64,000 bases of DNA from Chloroflexota bacterium (GTDB taxonomy: Bacteria > Chloroflexota > Anaerolineae > B4-G1 > SLSP01). Positions 27,737 to 37,660 of this stretch are shown one piece after another. The DNA is taken from contig DAIUDK010000004.1 of NCBI GenBank assembly GCA_036845725.1, forward strand, positions 519 to 64,518, given 5' to 3'. Position numbers and translations under genes: made by a program. The notes beneath the pieces were generated by a model. It saw only the letters and a list, made by a program, of their open reading frames with translations. It searched no databases and was not told the DNA's origin. Within the stretch, counting starts at the first letter, position 1; every line of letters starts with the position of its first letter.

Positions 27737-30538
27737 ATGAGGATGCCTGTCACGAAGACGCAAAGACACGAAGTGGGCGTGCATTTTCCTCTGTGGCTTC
27801 GTGGCTTCATGGTTTATTCTTGGAGATACATACCATATCTCTTGATGCTATTCGGCGTGCTGTTCCTCTATCGCCGGTTGTTGGCCGGGTGGGTGTTGGC
27901 CGGCGGCGATTTGCAGACGTATTTCTTCCCCTATTGGACTGCTGCCGCGCGTGCTTTCCAGGCAGGGCGATTGCCGTTGTGGAATCCCGATCTGTTTGCG
28001 GGCGCGCCGCTGCTCGCCAACTCCCAGGCGGGCGTTTTCTATCCCCTCAACTGGCCGTTGTGGTTGCTCTCCGGTCCTTCCCTGGCGGGGATGGCGCGCA
28101 CCTTGCATGGGAGCGTGCTGTTGCACCTGGGTCTGGCTGCGGTGAATGCTGCCATCCTCGCGCGCCGTCTGGGGTTAAGCCCGTGGAGCGCGGCACTGAG
28201 CGGTTTGTTGTACGCCGGAAGCGGTTACCTGGGCGTCCACGTGGAACATCTCAACCAGTTGCAGGGATTGGCGTGGCTGCCGTTGGTTCTTTTGGTAGAC
28301 GGTAGACAGCAGACGGTAGACGGGGGGAGAGAGGGAGAGAGGGAGAGGGGAAGAATGGGGTGGCCTTCGCCGGTGAGCGTGGGGGCACTGGCGATGATTG
28401 TGCTGGCGGGACACACGCAGATGGCGTTTATAGCGGTGGTGGGCTTGGTGATGTGGGTTGTGGCGTGCGAGTTGCGAGTTAGCAGTCGGCAATCAGCGGT
28501 CAGCGGTCAGCAGTTAGAAGTTAGCAGTCAGAAACCAGAGGCGAGTATAGAGCATCCAGCATCACGCCGCCAATCGAATGTTGTTTCGCGTCTCGCCCCC
28601 TGTCTATTGTCTACCGTCTACCGTCTACTTCCCTTTGCTATCGCCGGCTTGATCGCGGCGGCGCAACTGCTGCCTACAATCGAACTATCACGCTATTCGA
28701 TGCGCAGCGGGGGATTGCCGTGGCGCGAAGCGGTCTCGTTCTCCGTGCGACCGTGGGAACTGCTGCGCGCGCTCGTTCCGCCGTATGTTACCGCGTTGTT
28801 GTTGCCTGAAGCCGTGGCCTACATCGGCCTGACCGGGATGGCGCTGGCGGTGTGGGGGGCGTGGCGCGTGTTGCGTGCTCGCGGAGCGTACAGCTTGGCT
28901 TTGATCCTGTTAGGCGGGGTGGGGATATTCTGCGCGTTGGGCGGCTTCAATCCGCTCTATCTGGCGGCAGTGCGACTGGGTGTACCGGGATTCGTCCACT
29001 TCCGCGCGCCGGTGCGCTTTCTCGCGCTGTATGTGCTCGCGGCGGCATTGCTGGCAGGCATAGGCCTTGATTCGCTATTCACCACAGAGACACAGGGAAG
29101 GACTGATAAAAATTCCCGTGTCCTTGTGATGAAACTTGCCCCGCTGGCATTGATCGGCCTGGTCTGCGCGGAACTGCTGTGGGCCGCCGAGCGGATGCCG
29201 CATGCCGACGCCACAGCACCCCGCGCCTACACCGATCTCCGCCCGGCGACGGCACATCTTGTCGCCGCGACGTCCGCTGCGAAAGCGCAGGGCGAACCGC
29301 CGGGACGCTTCCTCAGTATCACGCCCACGCTTTTCGAGGCGGGTGACGAGGCCGCCATAGAGGCGGTGTATGGCGCTACACTATCCCCTGATGCGCTCTG
29401 GGCCTACCAAGTGGCCGTCAAACAGCGGGAAGTGTTGGCGCCTAACCTGTCGCTGGCCTTCGAAGTCCCAGCCGTGGATGGCTACGACGGCGGCCTGCTT
29501 CCGCTGCGCCACTACGTCGCTTTCTCGCGGCTCTTTTTGCCTGAAGGGACGCTCGATGGCCGTTTGCGCGAGAACCTCACGGCGATTCCCGAAGGACGCT
29601 GGCTTTCGCTGCTTGGTGTGCGCTTTCTGATGACCGACAAAACTGGCGACCTCTGGGTCGATAGTGTGTTCTACGACCGCCAATTCCAGCCGTACCTGGA
29701 AGCCGGGAAGACATTTACCTTTGCCTGGCTGCCGGGAGATTTCGAGGCAGATACGCTCGGCTGGCTGTACACCGGGGAAGGGGAGGTGCAGGTCACATTC
29801 GCAGATGGCAACACGCGCAGATTTTCCTTGCCGCTGCAAGAGACTGCCGATGTTGCCTATCGCTTGTCGTTGGGGACAGCGTCGCCGCCGGGTGTGCTCA
29901 CCGTGCGAGCCGCCTCCGGTGGCCTGAAGTTGATCGGCGCGAGCCTGATCGATGGGCGCACTGGCGCGTTCTACCCCCTGGTGCTCTCTGAGGACTTTCG
30001 GTTGGTTCATTCTGGCGATGTCAAAGTCTACGAGAATCTGCAGGTTTTCCCGCGTGCCTTCCTGGTGCGGGACGTGCAGTGTGTCGCCTCGGACGATGCG
30101 GCGCTGGTTGTGTTGGCTGATCCGGCTTTCGACCCGGGGGCACAGGCTGTTATCACAGACTGCGTGGGCTGGGCAAAAGAGACGCCGGTGGACGCAGCGA
30201 CTGGTTCGGCAACTGTGGTGGAATACACACCGGAGCGCGTCGTCGTTGACGTGGTGGCCGATGCACCCGCGTTGATCGTCCTGGCGGATGTGTGGTATCC
30301 GGGGTGGCAGGCGACGGCTCAACCGCTGTCTCACGGGAACGGCGTCGCCGCGCGTACCAATGTGCTGCGCACCGACTTGCTTTTGCGGGGCGTGCGGGTG
30401 GAACCCGGATCGTGGCGTGTCATCTTCACCTATCGCTCGACGTTGCTGGCTGTGGGGATAGGACTGAGCGTATTAGGAATAATGGCACTAATTGTTTACA
30501 CTTATTCTAGTTGTGTTATTGTCCGTACAAGGATATAA
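27737..30538 (+). CDS. YfhO-like multi-pass membrane protein (putative GT-C glycosyltransferase)
   Basis: GDLQTYFFPYW, LPLWNPDLFAGAPLLANSQAGVFYPLNW, LAGHTQ, AAQLLP, DGYDGG, FPRAF, LADVWYPGWQA, VIFTYR. Start may instead be ATG 27809. Confidence 0.8.
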   Translation: MRMPVTKTQRHEVGVHFPLWLRGFMVYSWRYIPYLLMLFGVLFLYRRLLAGWVLAGGDLQTYFFPYWTAAARAFQAGRLPLWNPDLFAGAPLLANSQAGVFYPLNWPLWLLSGPSLAGMARTLHGSVLLHLGLAAVNAAILARRLGLSPWSAALSGLLYAGSGYLGVHVEHLNQLQGLAWLPLVLLVDGRQQTVDGGREGERERGRMGWPSPVSVGALAMIVLAGHTQMAFIAVVGLVMWVVACELRVSSRQSAVSGQQLEVSSQKPEASIEHPASRRQSNVVSRLAPCLLSTVYRLLPFAIAGLIAAAQLLPTIELSRYSMRSGGLPWREAVSFSVRPWELLRALVPPYVTALLLPEAVAYIGLTGMALAVWGAWRVLRARGAYSLALILLGGVGIFCALGGFNPLYLAAVRLGVPGFVHFRAPVRFLALYVLAAALLAGIGLDSLFTTETQGRTDKNSRVLVMKLAPLALIGLVCAELLWAAERMPHADATAPRAYTDLRPATAHLVAATSAAKAQGEPPGRFLSITPTLFEAGDEAAIEAVYGATLSPDALWAYQVAVKQREVLAPNLSLAFEVPAVDGYDGGLLPLRHYVAFSRLFLPEGTLDGRLRENLTAIPEGRWLSLLGVRFLMTDKTGDLWVDSVFYDRQFQPYLEAGKTFTFAWLPGDFEADTLGWLYTGEGEVQVTFADGNTRRFSLPLQETADVAYRLSLGTASPPGVLTVRAASGGLKLIGASLIDGRTGAFYPLVLSEDFRLVHSGDVKVYENLQVFPRAFLVRDVQCVASDDAALVVLADPAFDPGAQAVITDCVGWAKETPVDAATGSATVVEYTPERVVVDVVADAPALIVLADVWYPGWQATAQPLSHGNGVAARTNVLRTDLLLRGVRVEPGSWRVIFTYRSTLLAVGIGLSVLGIMALIVYTYSSCVIVRTRI

Positions 30539-30605
30539 TTGGATAAACAAATCTGTGTTGTAAGTTGTTGTGCTCTTTGCCATAAACATTATGTTGGTTG
30601 CACCG

Positions 30606-30680
30606 TTGGTTAACATTTTTCAAACATTAACCAAACGTTTATCATTGAAGTGACTTTATAAAACCCTTTCATGCTATAAT
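30606..30680 (+). promoter_or_regulatory. Promoter and operator region of the signalling operon
   Basis: Extended -10 TGCTATAAT at 30672-30680; TTGGTTAA-N13-TTAACCAA inverted repeat at 30606-30634; three 11-bp-period AAC(A/G)TT direct repeats at 30610-30642. Confidence 0.6.
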
Positions 30681-30708
30681 TAAGCAGTAACCATATACAG
30701 AGGTGGAC

Positions 30709-31086
30709 ATGGGTGCAAAAATTCTATATATTGAAGATAACCCCGGGAATCGTACATTAGTGCAGCGCATTCTTATGGTTGAAGACTATGACGTTTTTGA
30801 GGCTGAGGATGGGCCTACGGGGATCGAGATCGCTCTGCAGGAAAAGCCAGACCTTATTCTTATGGATATGAATCTTCCTGATTTGGATGGGTATGAACTG
30901 ACGCGGCGTATGCGGGCCATTCCCGAGTTGGCGCATATTCCCATCATCGCGATGACGGCCAATGTGATGCAGGGCGACCGTGAAAAGACCTTGGATGCTG
31001 GGTGCAGCGGCTACATTCCTAAGCCCATTGATGTTGACGAGCTTCCAGGTCAAATCGCGCGTTTTCTCAAGATGAAGGGAGTTTAG
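30709..31086 (+). CDS. Single-domain response regulator (DivK/CheY-like)
   Basis: ILYIEDN, LILMDMNLP, IIAMTA, YIPKP. Confidence 0.93.
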   Translation: MGAKILYIEDNPGNRTLVQRILMVEDYDVFEAEDGPTGIEIALQEKPDLILMDMNLPDLDGYELTRRMRAIPELAHIPIIAMTANVMQGDREKTLDAGCSGYIPKPIDVDELPGQIARFLKMKGV

Positions 31087-31115
31087 TCACTAGGCTAAAC
31101 CCTGAGAAATTAGTT

Positions 31116-31535
31116 ATGAAGTGGAAACCAATTCCCCCATCGAATGCCGTCATCCTGATTGTTGAGGATAACCTCAACAATTTTATCTTGATGACCCGAC
31201 TGTTGGCCTTTTTGGGTGTCAAGAAGTGTGAATGGAAGGCTTCGGGGTGGAAGGTGTTAGAGTTTGCCGAGACGTTGGGTAATATTGATTTGATCTTGAT
31301 GGACATTGCTTTACCTGATGCGGACGGTTTTGAATCCTTAGCCTCGTTGCGTTCGCATCCTCGTTTTCAAAATGTGCCGATTGTGGCGGTAACGGCTGAT
31401 ATATCGTTGAAGAATGTGGCCCGGGCGCGTGAAGCCGGGTTTGATGGTTTTATTGGCAAACCCCTGGATCCAGATCGTTTCCCTGAACAGGTCCGGCGGG
31501 TTTTACAGGGTGAGGAGGTATGGGAACGGGAATAG
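31116..31535 (+). CDS. Single-domain response regulator
   Basis: ILIVEDN, LILMDIALP, IVAVTA, FIGKP. Confidence 0.9.
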   Translation: MKWKPIPPSNAVILIVEDNLNNFILMTRLLAFLGVKKCEWKASGWKVLEFAETLGNIDLILMDIALPDADGFESLASLRSHPRFQNVPIVAVTADISLKNVARAREAGFDGFIGKPLDPDRFPEQVRRVLQGEEVWERE

Positions 31536-33949
31536 CGGCGGGTGTCCAGACGCCACGAGAGCCGCGCTCAATTCCAACAACCGGGATGCGCGGGGGATTG
31601 GGGCGAACCCTGCTGACTGCCTTTCTCCTCCTAACGATCCTCCCTTTAGCCCTGATCGGGGGCTATGCTGCGCAGAACAACCGCGACAGCCTGCAAAAGG
31701 AAGTCAAAAGCAAACTGCAGGCGGTGGCCACCCTGAAAGGCGAGGAATTGCGCCAGTGGCTTGCCCGCAACGGCCAGCGATTACAGCTATCTGCTCTTGA
31801 AAAAGAAAATCTCTCTGAAGCCCGGCGCGATGCCTGGTGGGCGGGGATCAGCGAGCAAAACTCCGACTTGCTCGGTGTGGCGTTCGTCGATTCAGCAGGG
31901 CGCGCCCTGTGGATGGTGGGCGAGTGTCGTAACATACCTTTGACGATGGCAGCGCCCAAGCGCGGGCCGACTTCTTCACTCACGGTTTCAGAGAAAGCGG
32001 CAAGTTCTCCTCAGGGACAGTTCGTTCTGTCACGTACAGATTCCAATTTGTGGTTACTGGTGGAGGAAACCGAGTCAAGAACGTTAGTTTTCTGTTTGAG
32101 CGGTGCGGGAATGGCGCGCACGATTCAGTACGATGTCTTGCTTGATGAAGCTTTGATCGGCAAGACCGGGAAAGTTTACTTGATCTTTAACTCATGGCTT
32201 TGGCCGGACGGCGTAGACGCGGTGATGCTCGCCGAAGATAGTGCGCCGCCGCGATTGACTGGGGATGGTGCATACGTGAATTACCTGGGTGTTCCGGTGA
32301 TCGGCGCATATTATCATGTGGCGGACTACGACATCGGCGTGCTCGTCGAACAGGCACAGTCCGAGACTCTGGAATCCACCAACCGCATTGCCGCGACGTT
32401 GATTGCCCTGGTGTTAGCCGTAGCTCTGGCGACGACGATTATCTCGGCGTTCGTCATCCGACAAATCACACGCCCGGTTATCCGCCTCACAGAGTCAGCG
32501 GTGGCGATGGCCGAAGGTGATCTGGCTCAGCATCTCGAAGTCACGTCACGTGACGAAATCGGCATCCTGACCTACGTCTTCAATGATATGGCGGCGGACC
32601 TCAAGTCATTGTACGAGGACCTGGAAGATAAAGTGGCCGAGCGCACCAAGCGATTGCAGCAGGCGAACTACCAGATTCAGCGGCGTGCACTGCACCTGCA
32701 GGCCAGTCAGGATGTTGGACAGGCGATCACGTCGGTCCGCGATCCGGCGTTGCTCCTTAACCGGGTAACGGACTTGATCCGCGAGTGTTTCGTGTACGCT
32801 TCGGTGGCGGTCTATATCGTGGAGCCTGGCGGCGGCGAAATTCGTCTGCGCGCGCTGAGTCCGGCGATGCGCAGCGATACCATCACCGATGTGGGTGATC
32901 AGGGCGGTTGGGGCGAGCGCGTCTATGCCGGCGATGGCTCGATCATTGAACGCGCTGTCCGTAAGCGTAAGCCACAAGTCGATCAACACCAGACGAATGA
33001 GGATGTGGAGTGGTACCGGCGCACGTTGAGCCGGGTGGCAATTCCGTTACGGATGGGCGACCGCATCACCGGTGTGCTGGCGGTCTTGAGTACCGAGCAC
33101 GAGGGCATCCAGGAGGACGAATTGGAAATCCTCGAATTGCTCGCCGGGCAGGTTGCCATTGCGCTGGAGAACGCTAGGGCATACGAACGCGAGCGTTTGG
33201 CGGCGCAGCAGTTGGAAGAGGCGGAGGTCTTCAAGGGGCGTTTTCTGGCGAATATGTCCCACGCGTTGCGCGAACCACTTAACACGATTATTGGTTTTTC
33301 ACGTCTGATGATCAAGGGCATTGATGGGGCAATGACGCCGCAACAGATTCAGGACCTGGAGCGCATCTACGACGACGGGCAGCGGCTTTTGTTCTTGATC
33401 AACGACATCCTCGCCATTTCGCAGATTCAGGCCGGGATGATGGAATTGCGTTTGCAGGAGGTCGCCTTGCCCGAGATCGTCGCCGGGATGATGCCCACCG
33501 CGAGCGCCCTGGTGCGCGGTAAGGAGATCGATTTGGTGCAGGAAATCCCGGAGGACCTGCCGGTATTGAATGCTGATCCGGCGCGATTACGGCACGTGCT
33601 CGTCCATCTCTTTAACAACGCGGCGAAATTTACGGAAAGCGGGCAGATTGCCATCAAAGCCTGGTGTAATGAAGATCAGGTTTACGTCAGCGTGAGTGAT
33701 ACCGGCGTGGGCATTCCGCCGGAGGACTTTGAGCGGTTGTTTATCCGCTTTGAAAAGGGAGTGGCACTAAAGCCGATGGACAAAGAAGGCCGTTGGCAAG
33801 CGGGTATTGGTTTGGGACTTGCGTTGAGCAAGGAGTTTATTGAAATGCATGGTGGTCAAATGTGGGTGACGAGTGAGTTGGGGAAAGGTAGTACGTTTAC
33901 CTTTTCCCTGCCTTGCCATGCTCCAACCTCACCAGCCCTTGAAGGATGA
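31520..33949 (+). CDS. Sensor histidine kinase: TM, extracytoplasmic (Cache-like), TM, HAMP, GAF, HisKA, HATPase
   Basis: GDLAQHLEVTSRDEIGIL HAMP; ANMSHALREPLN H-box; NNAAKFT, DTGVGI, GLGLALS boxes; RBS GAGGAGG. Confidence 0.93.
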   Translation: MGTGIAAGVQTPREPRSIPTTGMRGGLGRTLLTAFLLLTILPLALIGGYAAQNNRDSLQKEVKSKLQAVATLKGEELRQWLARNGQRLQLSALEKENLSEARRDAWWAGISEQNSDLLGVAFVDSAGRALWMVGECRNIPLTMAAPKRGPTSSLTVSEKAASSPQGQFVLSRTDSNLWLLVEETESRTLVFCLSGAGMARTIQYDVLLDEALIGKTGKVYLIFNSWLWPDGVDAVMLAEDSAPPRLTGDGAYVNYLGVPVIGAYYHVADYDIGVLVEQAQSETLESTNRIAATLIALVLAVALATTIISAFVIRQITRPVIRLTESAVAMAEGDLAQHLEVTSRDEIGILTYVFNDMAADLKSLYEDLEDKVAERTKRLQQANYQIQRRALHLQASQDVGQAITSVRDPALLLNRVTDLIRECFVYASVAVYIVEPGGGEIRLRALSPAMRSDTITDVGDQGGWGERVYAGDGSIIERAVRKRKPQVDQHQTNEDVEWYRRTLSRVAIPLRMGDRITGVLAVLSTEHEGIQEDELEILELLAGQVAIALENARAYERERLAAQQLEEAEVFKGRFLANMSHALREPLNTIIGFSRLMIKGIDGAMTPQQIQDLERIYDDGQRLLFLINDILAISQIQAGMMELRLQEVALPEIVAGMMPTASALVRGKEIDLVQEIPEDLPVLNADPARLRHVLVHLFNNAAKFTESGQIAIKAWCNEDQVYVSVSDTGVGIPPEDFERLFIRFEKGVALKPMDKEGRWQAGIGLGLALSKEFIEMHGGQMWVTSELGKGSTFTFSLPCHAPTSPALEG

Positions 33950-35892
33950 TGTTCGTCGCACGGGAGAAAAGCATGAAGAAAGAGGAGATCTCGAGTCAAG
34001 AGACGGTTGAAATATTGGAGCAGATGATACCGTGGCGACAGAGCCTGTTTGAACGTCTTCTGCGCGTGGTGGCAATTGTCGGTTTGCCGTTGGCGCTGGT
34101 CGGTGTGTACTACGCTCTGGCTGTCGAGCAAACCAGCTACTTGTTTCTGATGCTGATATCCTACTTGCTTATCGTCGCAGCCGCTTTTTTCCCGCGTGTT
34201 CCTTACGTCTGGCGCGTGTGGGGATTGCTCGGGGCGTTGAGCGTTCTGGCGACGGTTGATTTATGGTTCTATGGCTGGGGTGAGGACGGTCGAATTTATC
34301 TAATCACGGCCATTCTTTTTGCCACTCTTTTCCTGGGCGGACGTCATAGCTTGGCTATGTTGATTCTCTCCGTGGCGATTGTTGCCCTGTTTGTCGCATT
34401 GTTTGCTTTGGGTGTGGAGATGCCGCAGCCTTATCTGGCCACGCCCGCTACGTTGATGCCGTTGGTGAGTGGGCTAGTTGTCTTTACCGGGTGTGTGACG
34501 GCCTTGTTTATCTCCTTCAACAATCTTCTTCCGCGTATCTTTGCTAATCTACAGCGCAGCGCGCAGCTCTCCGCCGATTTGGAGGCACGCCAGGAAGAGC
34601 TGGCTGGGCGGATGCGCGTGTTGCAGGACTCCAACCTCGGTTTGCAGCGGCAGGCAATGTACATCGACGCTGGGGTGCAGGCGACGCGCGGCTTGATGCA
34701 ACACTTTGAGGTCGAACCGTTGTTGGAGCGGGCTGTGCAGCTTATCAGCCGGCATTTCGATTTCCCCCACGTCGCGATCTTCCTGCCAGATGAGACCGGC
34801 ACATCGCTTGTGTTGCGCGCGGCCTCTTCATCGGGCGGGCAGAAGCTGGTAGCTCAGGGGTATCGCCTCAAACGATCCGCTCAAAGTGCTCTGGGACGCG
34901 TCCTTGAAACACGGCAGCCCCATATTGCCGGGTTGAACATCGGGATGCTAGATGCCGATTTCGATGTCGCGCACCTGGCACAGCCTGGCTTGCCGCCCGC
35001 GCGTTCGGCAGCGTTGCTGCCGTTGGTCGTCGCGGGTGAGGCTTTGGGCGTCTTGGACATTCACAGCCACGAAGAAGCGCCTTTCGATCAAGATAACCTC
35101 CGGGCACTGGAGTCGGTGGCCTGGCAGGTCGCTGTAGCGCTCGACAACGCGCGGCGCTTGAGCGGCGAGGACTCCGTCCTGGCGATGGCGAATCCGTTTT
35201 TCCGTTTGACGCAGCAGGTGGGGATGGCGCACACTGCAGCGGAGGTGCACACCGCGATTTTGCGGTTTGTCCAGGCATTCTATCCAGGACACGCCTACAT
35301 CGTGGAGGAAACCGAAAGCAAGCGCGAAACCGCGTACCGCGTCACCGACTTGCGCGGGGAGTCGCTGCACGTGCAGCAGATCGCCGAGGACAGCGCCGCA
35401 GAGAACTTCGGCGCGGCCTGGGCGCTGGGGATGGCGCTGGAAACGCCGTTGTTTATCGCCGATGTCAGCGCCCCACCGGATTTGCCGGAAACCGGATGCG
35501 CCGATTTCTGCCGGCGTCTGGTCGAAGACCCGACGTTTGCCGGAGAACATCACAGCGTAGCCCTGATTCCGCTGCGCGCCGGCGAGACATTCTTTGGTTT
35601 GGTGACCATTTTCTACGACGCTGCACACCCCAGCACCCCCTTGGAAATGCAAATCTACCGCGCCATCGAGGATTTCGGCGGTGTGATGTTGGAAAGGATT
35701 GCGTTGCTGGATGAGACGCAGACACGATTGTCGCAGGAGCGCTGGTTGCGCGAGTTTAGCGAGCGCATGCTGCAAACATCGGATCTGGAAATGATGTTGG
35801 CGGAAGCCGCACGGTCGCTCCAGGATGTTGCATACGCTGATGGTGTGACTGCTGCGCTGACTCCGCCGGAAGCGCACACCGGAACCCGTTGA
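33946..35892 (+). CDS. Kinase-less receptor 1: multi-TM, GAF, second degenerate GAF, terminal half-GAF segment
   Basis: About 6 hydrophobic segments; LISRHFDFPHVAIFL...ALGVLDIHS GAF; ends ERWLREFSERMLQTSDLEMMLAEAARSL. Confidence 0.8.
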   Translation: MMFVAREKSMKKEEISSQETVEILEQMIPWRQSLFERLLRVVAIVGLPLALVGVYYALAVEQTSYLFLMLISYLLIVAAAFFPRVPYVWRVWGLLGALSVLATVDLWFYGWGEDGRIYLITAILFATLFLGGRHSLAMLILSVAIVALFVALFALGVEMPQPYLATPATLMPLVSGLVVFTGCVTALFISFNNLLPRIFANLQRSAQLSADLEARQEELAGRMRVLQDSNLGLQRQAMYIDAGVQATRGLMQHFEVEPLLERAVQLISRHFDFPHVAIFLPDETGTSLVLRAASSSGGQKLVAQGYRLKRSAQSALGRVLETRQPHIAGLNIGMLDADFDVAHLAQPGLPPARSAALLPLVVAGEALGVLDIHSHEEAPFDQDNLRALESVAWQVAVALDNARRLSGEDSVLAMANPFFRLTQQVGMAHTAAEVHTAILRFVQAFYPGHAYIVEETESKRETAYRVTDLRGESLHVQQIAEDSAAENFGAAWALGMALETPLFIADVSAPPDLPETGCADFCRRLVEDPTFAGEHHSVALIPLRAGETFFGLVTIFYDAAHPSTPLEMQIYRAIEDFGGVMLERIALLDETQTRLSQERWLREFSERMLQTSDLEMMLAEAARSLQDVAYADGVTAALTPPEAHTGTR

Positions 35893-35895
35893 GCA

Positions 35896-37620
35896 ATGGA
35901 TGGAAAAGCTATGAGTGAAAGACAAGAACGCATATATCCTGTAGAAGTCCGCCAATGGCAACGGCAGTTGCTTAACCAGGTCTTGCGGATCGTGTTTGTT
36001 ATCACTGTCCCGCTGTTGTTGATTGCGTCTTACTACGTGTGGAGAGATGGGCATGCCTGGCTCATTCCTTTCTATGGGGTCGGATTCCTGCTCGTGGTCG
36101 TTGTACGGTTCTGGAAGAAAGCCCCGTACACCTTGCAAACCGGCGTATTATTGACGATTGTCTACGGCCTGGCGGTGCTTGCGCTGTTGCGGGCCGGGTT
36201 GAGTAGCAATGCGTCGCTCTTCCTGCTGGGGTTCGCCTTCATGGCGACAATTTTCCTGGAACGACGCGCAGCACTGATCAGTATCGCTGTGGTGGTTATC
36301 ACTATGGGGATTGCCGGTTGGCTGTTCTCTGCCGGAGTCTTGACCATCCCTGACGATATTCAGTTGTTATCGGACAAACCGGCCGCCTGGCTCAGTTACA
36401 CGTTTACACTCTTGTTGGCCAGCACATTCTTTGTGGCCTCACAACTTTTCTTGTTTCCGCGCCTTGCCGAGGCGTTAGCCAAAAGCCAGGAGATGGCACG
36501 CGAAATTGCCGAGGATCGCGAGCAGGTGGTACGGGAGGCGGAAACCAAACATCATCGCGCGGAGCAGTTAGGCTGGGTTGCTAATCTGGGCAACGTGCTG
36601 GCTTCGTTGCGCCAGCGTGACGATTTGATTTGGCGGGTTGTACGCGAAATCGCACAGACCTTCGATGTCTATCAAACCAATTTGTTCCTGATGAATCGCT
36701 CTGGTGATGCGCTGCTGTTAGCGGCAACTGCCGGGCAACTCGGCGAGGACATATCCCGCTTAGGAACGGCGGCGGTGACCGACATCCCTGTCGGGGCGCG
36801 AATTGCACCGGGACGGGCGGCGCAGTTGGGGAAAGAGCAGATGGCGCTTCTGTCTGACTCAACGGCGTTGTCTGGACAACTGCCCCAGTTTCCTGATAGT
36901 AACGTGGAGATCAGTCTGCCATTGAGCGTGCTCGGCGAAATCTTGGGTGTGCTCGATATCCACAGCACACATACTGCTTTCTCTGATGACGAACTGCATA
37001 TTTTTCGCATCATCGCCAGCCAGGTGACGACCGCTCTCGATATGCTGCGTTCGTTGGAGGAGACGCGGGCGCAAATGCAAGAAATCCGCGCGCTGTATGC
37101 TCAACACACGTTGGCTTCCTGGCGCACCTTGCTGGAAGCGGCTCCTGTGCAATCCATTATGGGCACACAAATGGTCGGTCCGAAGGTACAGGCGCTGGCG
37201 CAGGAGACAATGCGGAAAAAGCAGCCACGTTCGACCTGGCTCGATGCTGAGGGTGTTTATCTGTTGACTGTGCCTCTGGTGTCGCACGATGTCGCAGTGG
37301 GATACCTGGCTTTTACGCGTGCCGCCGAAAAAGGCGATTGGGATGCCGTGACCCGCAATCTGATTGCGATGGCGGCGGAACGGCTGGCCGTGACGTTGGA
37401 CAACACCCGCCTGCTTATCGAGGCACGGCGGCAGGCGCTCTATGACGAGCAGCTTGGCCGGCTCGACGATCTGATTTGGCAGACGCCGAATCCCGAGGCC
37501 ATTATGGAGCGGAGTGTGCGGGAGTTGGGGCGCTTCCTGGGCGCGCATGAGGTACAGTTGTATTTGACCCCGTCTGCCGAGCAGGGCGAGAGCACGATCG
37601 AACGTGCGGGAGATGTCTGA
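35896..37620 (+). CDS. Kinase-less receptor 2: multi-TM, GAF, C-terminal module
   Basis: Membrane domain paralogous to those of 33946 and 62398; EILGVLDIHS GAF; ends NPEAIMERSVRELGRFLGAHEVQLYL. Confidence 0.8.
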   Translation: MDGKAMSERQERIYPVEVRQWQRQLLNQVLRIVFVITVPLLLIASYYVWRDGHAWLIPFYGVGFLLVVVVRFWKKAPYTLQTGVLLTIVYGLAVLALLRAGLSSNASLFLLGFAFMATIFLERRAALISIAVVVITMGIAGWLFSAGVLTIPDDIQLLSDKPAAWLSYTFTLLLASTFFVASQLFLFPRLAEALAKSQEMAREIAEDREQVVREAETKHHRAEQLGWVANLGNVLASLRQRDDLIWRVVREIAQTFDVYQTNLFLMNRSGDALLLAATAGQLGEDISRLGTAAVTDIPVGARIAPGRAAQLGKEQMALLSDSTALSGQLPQFPDSNVEISLPLSVLGEILGVLDIHSTHTAFSDDELHIFRIIASQVTTALDMLRSLEETRAQMQEIRALYAQHTLASWRTLLEAAPVQSIMGTQMVGPKVQALAQETMRKKQPRSTWLDAEGVYLLTVPLVSHDVAVGYLAFTRAAEKGDWDAVTRNLIAMAAERLAVTLDNTRLLIEARRQALYDEQLGRLDDLIWQTPNPEAIMERSVRELGRFLGAHEVQLYLTPSAEQGESTIERAGDV

Positions 37621-37660
37621 TTGATGGGGGCTTTCTCTTGAGTGGAGAGGGGCATTGCCG

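Noticed and set aside
20243-29130. CRISPR array
   Set aside because: Repeats are 7-9-bp tandem units without unique spacers; no cas genes.
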